Below are positions 7,736 to 16,704 of a stretch of DNA of 50,922 nucleotides, one piece after another. A program made the translations under genes and the position numbers. Under the pieces are notes generated by a model. That model did not search any database. It was not told where the DNA came from and was given only the letters and a program-made list of their open reading frames with translations. Position 1 is the first letter of the stretch. Every line of letters begins with the position of its first letter. This stretch comes from a virus (lineage: Duplodnaviria > Caudoviricetes), in IMG/VR virus record IMGVR_UViG_3300032122_000001, positions 1-50,922 of that record; one strand, 5' to 3'.

Positions 7736-8602
7736 TTATTTGCCGGGGCATCCTTTGTCGGATGCTTCTGCTAGTTCTGGTTTATGCCAGTCGCAGAACG
7801 TGCAGTCTTTTGACGGTGTTGCTGGGATCTTGTTCCAGTTGTCTGGATTTTCTGCGACTTTGTAGTAGATCACGCCTGCGGATACCTTCTGTGCCCTTTC
7901 GAGGGCTTCTTCTGCCAGTTTCCGATCGAACGGTGCTGACCAGACGTAGCTGCCGCTGAGGTGCCCGGCGCGGGGCAGGAAGATCAGTGCGACCTTGTCC
8001 ACGCGGCGTCCAGCGTTGATGTGGCCAAGGCCATAGAGCATGATCTGCTCGATGTATTGCTGGGACACGTACCCTTTGCGGATCTCTGTCATGGCCGTGG
8101 TGCCAGGGTTCTTGTAATCGATTACCGCGCACTCATAGGCGTCGTAAAGATCTGTGTGGCCCTGGACGCTGGCGGATGGGTGGACAGTGATCTCCGTATA
8201 CCATCGGTTGAACTGGTGGGTCTTCTCGTACCGTTTGACTGCGTCTTCGAGCCACGTGTGGACGGCTGTGCCGACGATGGCGGGCCACGGGTCAGACCAG
8301 TTGACTGGCGGTACCTGCGCTACGCGGTATCCGAGACGGCGCAGGCAGGTGACACCGACTTCGGATGCACCCAGCTCCACTTGCTGTGAGCGTTCCGACT
8401 GGTTGTTGGCCCACAGCACGATGTCGGTGATCTCTTCCCGTAGCTTGTTGGCGTACGGGTTGCCGTTGGTGAAGCGGGTGGCCTGGATGGCGGGGTCGGA
8501 GAAGTAGACGCTGTCGGGGGCGCAGGGGTCGTGGTACTCCTTGCCCCGTTCTGTGTAGTAGTCGTCTAGCAGGATGCCGCATTTTCGGCACAGCTTCGCC
8601 AT
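7736..8602 (-). CDS. Cas4/RecB-like PD-(D/E)xK exonuclease
   Basis: C..R, GTAVH, E...GHTD, IDYK, Q..LY and C-terminal CxxC...C cluster. Confidence 0.85.
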   Translation of the reverse strand: MAKLCRKCGILLDDYYTERGKEYHDPCAPDSVYFSDPAIQATRFTNGNPYANKLREEITDIVLWANNQSERSQQVELGASEVGVTCLRRLGYRVAQVPPVNWSDPWPAIVGTAVHTWLEDAVKRYEKTHQFNRWYTEITVHPSASVQGHTDLYDAYECAVIDYKNPGTTAMTEIRKGYVSQQYIEQIMLYGLGHINAGRRVDKVALIFLPRAGHLSGSYVWSAPFDRKLAEEALERAQKVSAGVIYYKVAENPDNWNKIPATPSKDCTFCDWHKPELAEASDKGCPGK

Positions 8603-8641
8603 GTCGGGACCTCCACCGTTCGGACTAGTCCGTTTGGTTAG

Positions 8642-8663
8642 ACCCTACATGGGGGGTCCGACA
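8642..8663 (-). promoter_or_regulatory. RecA-NDp (PafBC-type) DNA-damage promoter
   Basis: Minus strand reads TGTCGG-ACCCCCCATG-TAGGGT, an exact TGTCGG-N10-TAnnnT match, 40 nt upstream of the exonuclease start. Confidence 0.7.
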
Positions 8664-8709
8664 AAATCATTAGCAGCCCTTACTTGACGATATAGGGCAA
8701 ACGGTATGT

Positions 8710-10188
8710 ATGATCATGAACATGGCGTTGTCGCTACAGCAAGAATTCGCGATCCTTCCTGTCGAGGTCCAGGAGGAGTTCCTTGCTGCGCAGACGCTGG
8801 AGGCGTTGCAGGAGATCGTTCGCGGCGAATGGTGGTGGGTGAGCCGCCCCGAGCAGGTGCCACCGGAAACCGACTACAGCATCTTCCTGTATCTGGCTGG
8901 CCGTGGGGCCGGTAAGACCCGCTCCGGAGCCGAATGGATCACCGAACGGTGCGAGAAATATCCGCTGTCCATAGCCGGAGCCCCCACCGAACATCTCATC
9001 GTGGCCGAGTCTCTCGACGACGCCCGGAAAGTTTGCATCGAAGGCGAAGCGGGCGTACTACGCATCCTCGAACGCAAAGGCTACGAAGCGAACAAAGACT
9101 TCATCTACACCCGGTCGCCTAAACCGAAGATCGTGCTACTTGAATACGGGACGAAGATCCTTACGGCGGGAGCCGACAACGAGGACTGCGGCCGAGGCGG
9201 CAACAACACATCCATTTGGGCAGACGAGATCGTCACCTGGAAAAAACCCGAACGGACCTGGCGGGAAGGGCTGCGTCCCTCTCTTCGTGGCTCTATCGAA
9301 GGTGACCGGCCGCGTGCTTTCGTGACCACTACACCTAAGCCGATCGAGATCCTGCAAATGTGGCTCGCGAAAACGGATGGTTCCGTCGCGATCAGCCGGG
9401 GCTCCACGTTCGATAACGTGATGGGTCTTCCTGCCGACTTCCTCGAAGACATGCGCAACGAGTACGGCGATTCGGCTTTGGGTCGTCAGGAACTCTATGG
9501 CGAGATGCTGGAGAACCTTCAGGGCGCCTTGTTCGGGTACGGGGATATCAACCGTACGCGTGTCGACATTGGCCCGGAGCGGGTGTCTTTCCGTGCCATG
9601 GCTGTCGACCCGTCGCTTACCGGTGATGAAGACGGCGACGAGATGGGTGTCGTGGTCGCGGTGCGAGATGAGCGTGACCACATTTATGTTCTTGAGGATG
9701 CTTCGCAGAAACTTGTGGGCCGCGATGCGGCATTGCATTGCTGGCGTGTTTTCGAACGCTACGAATGCGACGTGTTGATCTATGAAAACAATTTGGGTCA
9801 CGCATGGTTGCATCAGGTTCTCGAAGACGCGTACCGGGAATTGCAGCGAGAGGGCTTCTTCCCGGAGCACACCAATCCGCCATTGAAACCGGTACGCAGT
9901 TTCCAGGGCAAACAGTTGCGTGCCGAACCGGTCGCCATGAGATACCAGCAGGGCCGCATTCACATGGTGGGGAGTTTCCCTATCCTGGAAAAGCAGCTTG
10001 TTTCTTGGGACCCTTTGTCGTCGCGGGAATCACCGGACCGTTTGGACGCTTTCGTTCACGTGTGCCGGTACCTGATGGATGGCGAGAAGTCGAAGGCGAT
10101 GATCTACAGCCCGGCCGGTTACCCGGTGACGGCGCTGCTGTCGCAGCCGGGGTTGCGTCGCGGCAACGCCTGGGTACGTCAGGTCTGA
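8710..10188 (+). CDS. terL: terminase large subunit
   Basis: AGRGAGKT Walker A, WADE Walker B, TTTP motif III, AVDP and SPDRLDA nuclease motifs; true start may be 8722. Confidence 0.95.
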   Translation: MIMNMALSLQQEFAILPVEVQEEFLAAQTLEALQEIVRGEWWWVSRPEQVPPETDYSIFLYLAGRGAGKTRSGAEWITERCEKYPLSIAGAPTEHLIVAESLDDARKVCIEGEAGVLRILERKGYEANKDFIYTRSPKPKIVLLEYGTKILTAGADNEDCGRGGNNTSIWADEIVTWKKPERTWREGLRPSLRGSIEGDRPRAFVTTTPKPIEILQMWLAKTDGSVAISRGSTFDNVMGLPADFLEDMRNEYGDSALGRQELYGEMLENLQGALFGYGDINRTRVDIGPERVSFRAMAVDPSLTGDEDGDEMGVVVAVRDERDHIYVLEDASQKLVGRDAALHCWRVFERYECDVLIYENNLGHAWLHQVLEDAYRELQREGFFPEHTNPPLKPVRSFQGKQLRAEPVAMRYQQGRIHMVGSFPILEKQLVSWDPLSSRESPDRLDAFVHVCRYLMDGEKSKAMIYSPAGYPVTALLSQPGLRRGNAWVRQV

Positions 10189-10235
10189 CCGTTCAGCCGA
10201 TGCCGCCCGAACGCGGCCACGTCTACGCTGTTTTT

Positions 10236-10538
10236 ATGAGCGACGACAGCGTCAGATTGTTTATCACCATGAATTCGCGACCTGACATGTCCCTGTTCGA
10301 TTGGGACCGTCAGGTGGAAGAGCTACTTGCGGCGGTCTCTGCTTTGGTTCCGCTTCGCAGCTGGTCAGGGTTGAGGGTTTACGGACCCCATAATGATCGC
10401 TTTGGTTTGCCGGGGGTGACGGTTGAGCTTGCGGCGCCGATAAGCGATTTGGAGGGTTGGATCAAGGATGTCGAGTCGCAGAAAACTTGGATTGATCTTC
10501 CCGTAAACGTGTATCTGGTCACTAAGGCGGTTCGCTAA
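10236..10538 (+). CDS. hypothetical protein
   Basis: ATG-started 100-aa part of a longer open frame. Confidence 0.45.
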   Translation: MSDDSVRLFITMNSRPDMSLFDWDRQVEELLAAVSALVPLRSWSGLRVYGPHNDRFGLPGVTVELAAPISDLEGWIKDVESQKTWIDLPVNVYLVTKAVR

Positions 10539-10651
10539 ACCAACTATCGGCGTCCCATCGGTAGCCCTATCGTCACTGTCTATTGGGCTGTGGGGACTTT
10601 CGCGTTCATCATGCTTACCTGTTTCTGTTGCTGCGGAAGTTGGAAAAGTTG

Positions 10652-10855
10652 ATGCTTAAATCTTTAGCGTTCGCCTGCCTCCTCGGAGCGATATCGCTCC
10701 TGATCTTCCATGTCGTGGTTAAAACTGCCGGTACCTCAAAGATGCCCGAAGAGGAACGAGGATACGGCTGTGCCGCCGCGATCCTCAGCTTCGGCATACG
10801 CCTGATCTTCATCATCGTGTTTATTGCGCTGATGCGAGAAGCCGACTACCTGTAA
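10652..10855 (+). CDS. small membrane protein
   Basis: two hydrophobic segments. Confidence 0.5.
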   Translation: MLKSLAFACLLGAISLLIFHVVVKTAGTSKMPEEERGYGCAAAILSFGIRLIFIIVFIALMREADYL

Positions 10856-10864
10856 ATCGTAAAC

Positions 10865-10902
10865 AAAAAGCCGCCAACCCTCAGGGGAGCTGGCGGCTTT
10901 TT
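10865..10902. terminator. bidirectional intrinsic terminator
   Basis: AAAAAGCCGCCA...TGGCGGCTTTTT. Confidence 0.8.
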
Positions 10903-10957
10903 GCGTGCATGATATCACTTCTCGCGTTAAACCCGACATATCCTGTACGCTAATCAC

Positions 10958-11317
10958 GTGATCATGCCGATGACTTTCATCATCCTCACCCTAGCCACGA
11001 TGAGGCTAACCCGCGTCATCGTCCTAGACAAGATCACGCAACCCGTACGCAAACTCGCAGTAGCCGGATTCTCCATCAAAATCCGGAAATGGCACCTATA
11101 CACGTGGCGCGGCTCCGGCATCCACGGATGGCTCTCCTACCTCATCCACTGCGTATTCTGCGCAGGCTTCTGGGCAGCCACAATAGTCATCACCAGCCAC
11201 ATACTGTGGCCCCACAACAAGTGGCTCAACGCCGCCTACCTGATCCTCGCAATAGCCGAAATAGCGCCCCGCCTACTCAACTGGGAACCACGCACCAGCA
11301 ACACCGGAGGCGAGTAA
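10958..11317 (+). CDS. DUF1360-like membrane protein
   Basis: A..RLTR....D.I..P.R and L..C..C.G.W; usual position before the portal gene. Confidence 0.75.
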   Translation: MIMPMTFIILTLATMRLTRVIVLDKITQPVRKLAVAGFSIKIRKWHLYTWRGSGIHGWLSYLIHCVFCAGFWAATIVITSHILWPHNKWLNAAYLILAIAEIAPRLLNWEPRTSNTGGE

Positions 11318-13171
11318 ATGGCACTAGGAATCCTCGCCAAGAAGAACCTGGCAGAGCTGGAAAAAAAGAACACACTGCTCGCCTCGGCAGCACGCATGCA
11401 GCTGGAGAATCCCAGCTGGAAACGTTACTCCATGTACGACGAGGCGTGGCAGCGCGACACCTGGTTCTACTACGGACTGATCGGCCCATTCAACTACGCC
11501 GCTAACTGGATCGGGAACGCGTGCAGCCGCGCCGAACTATACGTAGCCGACGTAGACGAACGCGGTGTAGTCGGCGGCCGGACCGAAGACAAAGAAGTAT
11601 CAGCCATCGCCGACACCCTGTTCGGTGGCCCCACCAGCAAGGCTGAAATCGTACGGTCCATAGCGATCAGCCTCACTGTCGCCGGGGAATGCTACGTCAT
11701 CGGACGCGGCAAAGCCGGTACCGGAAAAGACGAATGGCTAGTCGTCGCACCCTACGAAGTGCGTTCCTACAGTGGCGGTATTTGGATCGGGCAAGGGGGA
11801 TACGCTGAACGGGTACCCAACGGCAGTGCCGTAGTCTTCCGGGTATGGATGCCCAACCCCGGCTGTCCCTGGTACTCAGACTCGCCGGGCCGGGCAGCCC
11901 TGCTCACGTTGCGTGAGCTGGAACAGATCGCAAAGTTCAAAGCCGCCCAGACGGATTCCCGACTGGCGAACGCTGGCTTCTACCCGCTACCTGACGACCT
12001 TGACTTCACCTACGACGACTCGACGCCGCCCGGCGCACCGTCATTGCAGAAAGCCATCATCGACGCAGCAAACGCGAGCCTCTCCGGCAAAGGATCAGCA
12101 GCGCAGCTTTCACCGATCTTCTTCGGCGTCAAAGGCGAATACCTCCAGTACATGCTGAAGGAACCGATCAAGTTCACTTCAGTCATGAGCGACCAGGTAC
12201 GCAACCTTGAAGAGGTCGCTCTACAACAGCTATCGATCACCATGTCGCTGCCGCCGGAAATCATCCTCGGCACCGGGCAGAGTAACCAGTGGTCGGCGTG
12301 GGAAGTCGGCGAATCGGCCGTCAAATACCACATCGAACCGTTGATGAACCGGGTCATCGACGCCATCAACATCGCGTATCTACAGCCAGCGTTGAAGCTG
12401 TTGAAGAAAGACCCGGCAAGATACACGTTCCAGGTCGATACGTCGGCTTTGACGGTACGCCCGAACCGGTTCGCCGACGCACTCAACGCATACAACGCCG
12501 ACTATCCGGCCCTGTCGGCGCAGGCGCTCCGGTTCTACGGCGACTTCAAAGAAGCAGATGCCCCGACCGAGGAAGAGATCACCCACCGCCGTGTTCAGGC
12601 GATGCTGCTGCGCGACCCGCAGCTTGTCATGGACCCGGAGATCGTGAAGTCTTCTGGCCTCGACATCGAAACATCGCTGCCGGTGGATGGGGTTACGCCT
12701 CCTCCGCCGGTACCGGGCCGGGTACCGGTTGAGGGTAAACAGCCGATGCCGGAACGGCCTTCTGAGCGTCCCGCACTGGCTGCTCCTTCGATCATCGCTT
12801 CCCGGTCGATAGCCAGGGTCGGGGAGCCGACTGCTCTGCTTGCTGCCGCGTCCGCTGAGGTTCGTAGCGCTCTGCACGTGGCGGGTAAACGGATGATGAA
12901 TCCTGGCGTGCGTAAAGAGTTCGGTGACATAGAGCCCCACCTGCTGCACACGAAGCTGCGGGTTGCTGATGATGAGGCGGCGCAGCGGTTGACGGCTGGC
13001 GCTTTCGAAGGTTTGGCTGAAGCGGTGGAGGGTACGGGTGTCGATGCGGTTCAGCTCCGGGCCCTACTTGCTGCTTATACTCACAGCCTGTTGAAACGTT
13101 CAGTACCACATGACCGTAACCTGCTAGCCCACTACATGCTTGAACACGGACTCCGGCCATGGCAGAACTGA
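11318..13171 (+). CDS. portal protein
   Basis: 617 aa, downstream of terL; GE.Y, PPEI.LG...NQWSAW motifs of actinophage portals. Confidence 0.85.
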   Translation: MALGILAKKNLAELEKKNTLLASAARMQLENPSWKRYSMYDEAWQRDTWFYYGLIGPFNYAANWIGNACSRAELYVADVDERGVVGGRTEDKEVSAIADTLFGGPTSKAEIVRSIAISLTVAGECYVIGRGKAGTGKDEWLVVAPYEVRSYSGGIWIGQGGYAERVPNGSAVVFRVWMPNPGCPWYSDSPGRAALLTLRELEQIAKFKAAQTDSRLANAGFYPLPDDLDFTYDDSTPPGAPSLQKAIIDAANASLSGKGSAAQLSPIFFGVKGEYLQYMLKEPIKFTSVMSDQVRNLEEVALQQLSITMSLPPEIILGTGQSNQWSAWEVGESAVKYHIEPLMNRVIDAINIAYLQPALKLLKKDPARYTFQVDTSALTVRPNRFADALNAYNADYPALSAQALRFYGDFKEADAPTEEEITHRRVQAMLLRDPQLVMDPEIVKSSGLDIETSLPVDGVTPPPPVPGRVPVEGKQPMPERPSERPALAAPSIIASRSIARVGEPTALLAAASAEVRSALHVAGKRMMNPGVRKEFGDIEPHLLHTKLRVADDEAAQRLTAGAFEGLAEAVEGTGVDAVQLRALLAAYTHSLLKRSVPHDRNLLAHYMLEHGLRPWQN

Positions 13172-13899
13172 CACCCGCCCAGGAGGAGCAGCTAACTGCC
13201 GCCTATCAGGAAGCCTTCAATGTTTGGCTGCCGCAAGCCGAGGCAGCCGTTTTGGGCGGCTACCAAAAGTTCGGCATCTCCCCCGATCCGGCAGCGATCA
13301 ACATGACGTCGGCTGCGTGGCGTGATCAGGTTGAGCAGGTCAGCAGCAGCCAGTTGCGTCCGCTGGCAGCCGACGCGTACCAGTCAGAGTTCCCTGCTAC
13401 TGCCGCGCCTGTGGCGGCGCTGGTGGCTACGGGTCTGATCGGTGGCGCGGCCGTGGCCACGTTGGCTTTCTTGGCGGCTCAGGTCGGCGAGGTTCAGGCA
13501 ACGTTGATGAGTTTGATCAGCCGTTCCCTTAACTTGGCTGAGGCGGTGGCTGCGATCCGCCAGTTCATGGATCCGCGTAATCCGCATTGGGCCGGGAAGT
13601 CTAGGCAGTTCGCTCAGACGGAAGGCGATCGGTGGGTGCAGGCCGCGACCCTTGCTGGGGCTATGGCGGCGCAGGCTTTCGACGGCAAGGAACGGTCGAA
13701 GGTTTGGGTTTCTCGTGATGATGATGCTGTCAGGTTCGCTCATTCGGTGGCTGATGGTCAGCGTCGCCGTTTGGGGGAAACGTTTACGGTGGGCGGGTTC
13801 CCGATGATGTATCCGCTTGATCCTGCCGCTCCGCCGGATCTTGTTGTTAACTGTCGCTGCAAGATGCGCATCGACCGTCAGGGGGTGTCTCGTGGCTGA
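13159..13899 (+). CDS. MuF/SPP1 gp7-like head morphogenesis protein
   Basis: K.W....D..VR..H...DGQ...F.VGG...YP.DP...NCRC. Confidence 0.85.
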   Translation: MAELTPAQEEQLTAAYQEAFNVWLPQAEAAVLGGYQKFGISPDPAAINMTSAAWRDQVEQVSSSQLRPLAADAYQSEFPATAAPVAALVATGLIGGAAVATLAFLAAQVGEVQATLMSLISRSLNLAEAVAAIRQFMDPRNPHWAGKSRQFAQTEGDRWVQAATLAGAMAAQAFDGKERSKVWVSRDDDAVRFAHSVADGQRRRLGETFTVGGFPMMYPLDPAAPPDLVVNCRCKMRIDRQGVSRG

Positions 13900-15532
13900 C
13901 GTTACGCCAGTCGAAACGGGCAGCGATTTCACGCCAGCTGGGACCGTTCCAGTCGACTCGGATGCCGTCACTGCCGCCGCCAACGTCAACGGCTGGAAGA
14001 AGCTCCCCATCGCCGACCGGGACACCAAGTTCGCTTTCCGTGGCGCCACTGACCGTCTCGCTGCCCATGCCAGCAGCATAGAGGAATTCAGTTCCTGGTT
14101 CTTCTGGCGGGACCCGACGAAACCAGCAAACAACCGCAACAGTTACCGGCTGCCTTTCGCCGACGTCTATGACGGTGTGGTGAAGATGGTTCCGGCTGCC
14201 GTGTTCTCGGCCGCCGCGCAGCTATCCGGCGCCCACGGAGCCCTGCCGATCATCCCCGAGGCCGAAAAGAAACTGATCATGCGAACCATTGATCAGATCT
14301 ACGACCTATTCCGCAACCAGTGGGACGACCCCCGCCAAGTACCGCCATGGGAGCGCCCATCCAACAGTGCTGCCGATGAACCCGTCAAGGCGTCAGCCAA
14401 GGAGGAAGCAATGCCGATTGAACTAGTCGACGAGGAAGACGAACTGACGGCAGCCGTACGCACATCCGGTTGGTCGTCGCTGCCCACAAGCACCGGAGAA
14501 TGGGACGAAGGCGCCGCCCGTTCAGCTCTCGACTCATGGTCTGACGGCGACATGGGCAAGTATGCGAAAGGTTTCCTGTGGGTCGATTCAGAAAACCGGG
14601 AAAACAAAACCGCCTACAAGTTCCCGATCGCTAAACCAGTCAACGGGAAACTGACCATCTTCATCCGGGCCGTGAACAACGCCGACTCGCGTCTGTCTCA
14701 GGCAAACATTCCAGCCGCCGACAAAACGAAAATCCAGGGCATCCTGAACAGTATCCAGAAGCGTTACAAAGGCGACTCAGATGACTCTGACTCTGATGAG
14801 TCGATGACAGCGGCGGCACTGTTGCGGGCGCCAGCCGCCTGGTACGAGAACCCGATGCTGACCGGCCCGACGAAGATCAGGGTAACCGCAGACGGCCGCG
14901 TCTACGGACATCTAGCCCAGTGGAACACATGCCACAGGGGTGTCGGCAACAGTTGCATCATCCCGCCGCACAGCGCCGTCGACTACGCCCACTTCAAGAC
15001 CGGCAGCACCATGACCGCTGACGGTGTTTTGAGGCCGGTGGGCAACCTGACGTACGGTGCCGGACATGCAGACACCAGCCTCGGATATTTGGCTGCTGCC
15101 GCCCACTACGACAACGCGGCGACAACTGTCGCGAACGTGAATGCGGGAGAAGACGCGCACGGGATCTGGGTTGCCGGTGCCATGGCTCCGGGAACCGGGG
15201 AGTTGGAGGCGCAGCAGCTACGGGCGCACCCGCTGTCTGGTGACTGGCGGCGTACCGGCGGTAACCTGGAACTGATTGCCGCGCTTGCCGTGAACACTCC
15301 GGGCTTCCCGATCGACGAACCTCAGTACGCGATGACTGCCGCTGGCGTGCAGAACTCTCTGATCGCGGCCGGAATCGTGTTGGAGGATGCGCCAGGCGAA
15401 GTGACCGAACCGGACAAGGTTACTGTTGACCGTATCGCCAAGCTGGAAGATCAGTCTGCTCGGCTACGCGAACGTTATGATCGTTTGCGGGCGCGTAGGA
15501 TCATTGACATGAAGCTACCAGTGAGGAGCTGA
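13892..15532 (+). CDS. capsid maturation protease with duplicated N-terminal domain
   Basis: DGRVYGHLA.W.TCH, HYDN, GED..GIWVAG, LSGDWR, VN.PGFP; GTG overlaps the upstream stop region. Confidence 0.75.
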   Translation: MADVTPVETGSDFTPAGTVPVDSDAVTAAANVNGWKKLPIADRDTKFAFRGATDRLAAHASSIEEFSSWFFWRDPTKPANNRNSYRLPFADVYDGVVKMVPAAVFSAAAQLSGAHGALPIIPEAEKKLIMRTIDQIYDLFRNQWDDPRQVPPWERPSNSAADEPVKASAKEEAMPIELVDEEDELTAAVRTSGWSSLPTSTGEWDEGAARSALDSWSDGDMGKYAKGFLWVDSENRENKTAYKFPIAKPVNGKLTIFIRAVNNADSRLSQANIPAADKTKIQGILNSIQKRYKGDSDDSDSDESMTAAALLRAPAAWYENPMLTGPTKIRVTADGRVYGHLAQWNTCHRGVGNSCIIPPHSAVDYAHFKTGSTMTADGVLRPVGNLTYGAGHADTSLGYLAAAAHYDNAATTVANVNAGEDAHGIWVAGAMAPGTGELEAQQLRAHPLSGDWRRTGGNLELIAALAVNTPGFPIDEPQYAMTAAGVQNSLIAAGIVLEDAPGEVTEPDKVTVDRIAKLEDQSARLRERYDRLRARRIIDMKLPVRS

Positions 15533-15536
15533 AGTC

Positions 15537-15698
15537 ATGGCTTGCGGCAGTTGCGGCGGTGGTGCTGGTTCCCGGCCAGCCGAGACGTGGATTTATCAGG
15601 CCCCTAACGGGCAGAAGACTGAGACGGCTTCGCAGACCGAAGCCAATCAGCTGGTGACGATTAACGGCGGCGGCCAGGTTTACCGTAAGCCGCAGTAA
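15537..15698 (+). CDS. small virion-associated protein (53 aa)
   Basis: MACGSCGGG...; GAGGAG RBS; not in the ORF track because of its size. Confidence 0.65.
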   Translation: MACGSCGGGAGSRPAETWIYQAPNGQKTETASQTEANQLVTINGGGQVYRKPQ

Positions 15699-15742
15699 AA
15701 CATGGCCGCCAGCAGCCCATACGGTTGCTGGCGGCCATGTTT
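15699..15742. terminator. hairpin between convergent genes
   Basis: ACATGGCCGCCAGCA...TGCTGGCGGCCATGT. Confidence 0.75.
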
Positions 15743-16049
15743 ATTTAATTGGAGTGAGGTTTTCCCGCTCCTTCTCCTGCTTTTCCAGCTTGAACATCAG
15801 CTGAGCAATGTTGACGTACATGTTTACTTCTTCGCGATGCCAGGCGGCATCACCGGCTGCCTTGATGCGACGTGGATCTTTCTCTGCCCGACTTTGCCTA
15901 TCAAGCTGGCTCAGAGCCGTGGCGTTATTTTCCAGATAAGATTGCGTAACCGCATCGAACATTTCCTTTGCTTCGCGGTACTTCTCCTCTGCCGCGATAG
16001 CGGCTTTGGCTGCCCGTATGCCAGCATCGTGGTAATGGTCGGCCATCAT
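15741..16049 (-). CDS. hypothetical helical protein
   Basis: ATGA coupling with the upstream stop supports a start at 16049. Confidence 0.6.
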   Translation of the reverse strand: MMADHYHDAGIRAAKAAIAAEEKYREAKEMFDAVTQSYLENNATALSQLDRQSRAEKDPRRIKAAGDAAWHREEVNMYVNIAQLMFKLEKQEKERENLTPIK

Positions 16050-16273
16050 AGGATGATGCTCTTCCCGTCGAACCATTCGTATGTGATGTTCATGACGAGG
16101 GTGCTTCCTCGCCATACGCGTGCATAGATTGCCGTGTTGACGGTCAGGCCGTCAGCTACCTGACGTTGCATGATGACCGCGTCTTGGATGATCCGTTCGA
16201 CCCTCATGTGGCTACGGCCAGCCATGGCTGCCGCTAGCCGTTCTGCCCGGTCTTTGGTGTAGATGGTTACCAC
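16046..16273 (-). CDS. hypothetical protein
   Basis: 75 aa, coupled to both neighbours. Confidence 0.55.
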   Translation of the reverse strand: MVTIYTKDRAERLAAAMAGRSHMRVERIIQDAVIMQRQVADGLTVNTAIYARVWRGSTLVMNITYEWFDGKSIIL

Positions 16274-16464
16274 TTCACATCGATTCCTGCTCGCCGTAGA
16301 TCGCTGAGTGCGTTGCGGAAGCTTCGATATTCGCCTGGCGTGCAGGGGATCTGCGCCGCGTAGCTTCCGTTGGGTCGTCGGATTTTGTAGTGGCCGTTTC
16401 GGGCTCGCTCATACGTATAGCCGTTCTTCACTAGCCACTTCTTCAAGTCATTGAAATCCTTCAT
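16267..16464 (-). CDS. HicA-like mRNA interferase
   Basis: 65 aa, basic; L.K.G.....NGHYKI...G......P.TP...R...N....LRRAG. Confidence 0.7.
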   Translation of the reverse strand: MKDFNDLKKWLVKNGYTYERARNGHYKIRRPNGSYAAQIPCTPGEYRSFRNALSDLRRAGIDVKW

Positions 16465-16522
16465 GTTTAGATAATTGCATGAACCAGCATGAACCGCATC
16501 GGCCGAAAGGTCAAACCTCACG

Positions 16523-16551
16523 TTGCGGCAAAACCGGCAAACATGTATGAT
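16523..16551 (+). promoter_or_regulatory. major capsid promoter
   Basis: TTGCGG-17-TATGAT. Confidence 0.6.
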
Positions 16552-16560
16552 CACCGCGAA

Positions 16561-16613
16561 GGCGATGAGCCAAGAGCCTGCCTTCACCAAGGGCGATGAG
16601 CCGCGAGCCTGCC
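16561..16613 (+). repeat. two 22-nt direct repeats in the capsid leader
   Basis: GGCGATGAGCCAAGAGCCTGCC (16561-16582) and GGCGATGAGCCGCGAGCCTGCC (16592-16613). Confidence 0.8.
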
Positions 16614-16704
16614 CAAGCCTCACAAGCTTCCCGTGGGCCAGTGCTCGACCAACCTGTCACAGTAGCTGGTTTCACGCAACAGTAACCAGTAGACAGGATG
16701 GGCC

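Noticed and set aside
7736-8602. Cas4 as a CRISPR adaptation gene
   Set aside because: Solo Cas4-like exonucleases beside SSB genes are common phage recombination genes, and no Cas1 is present.
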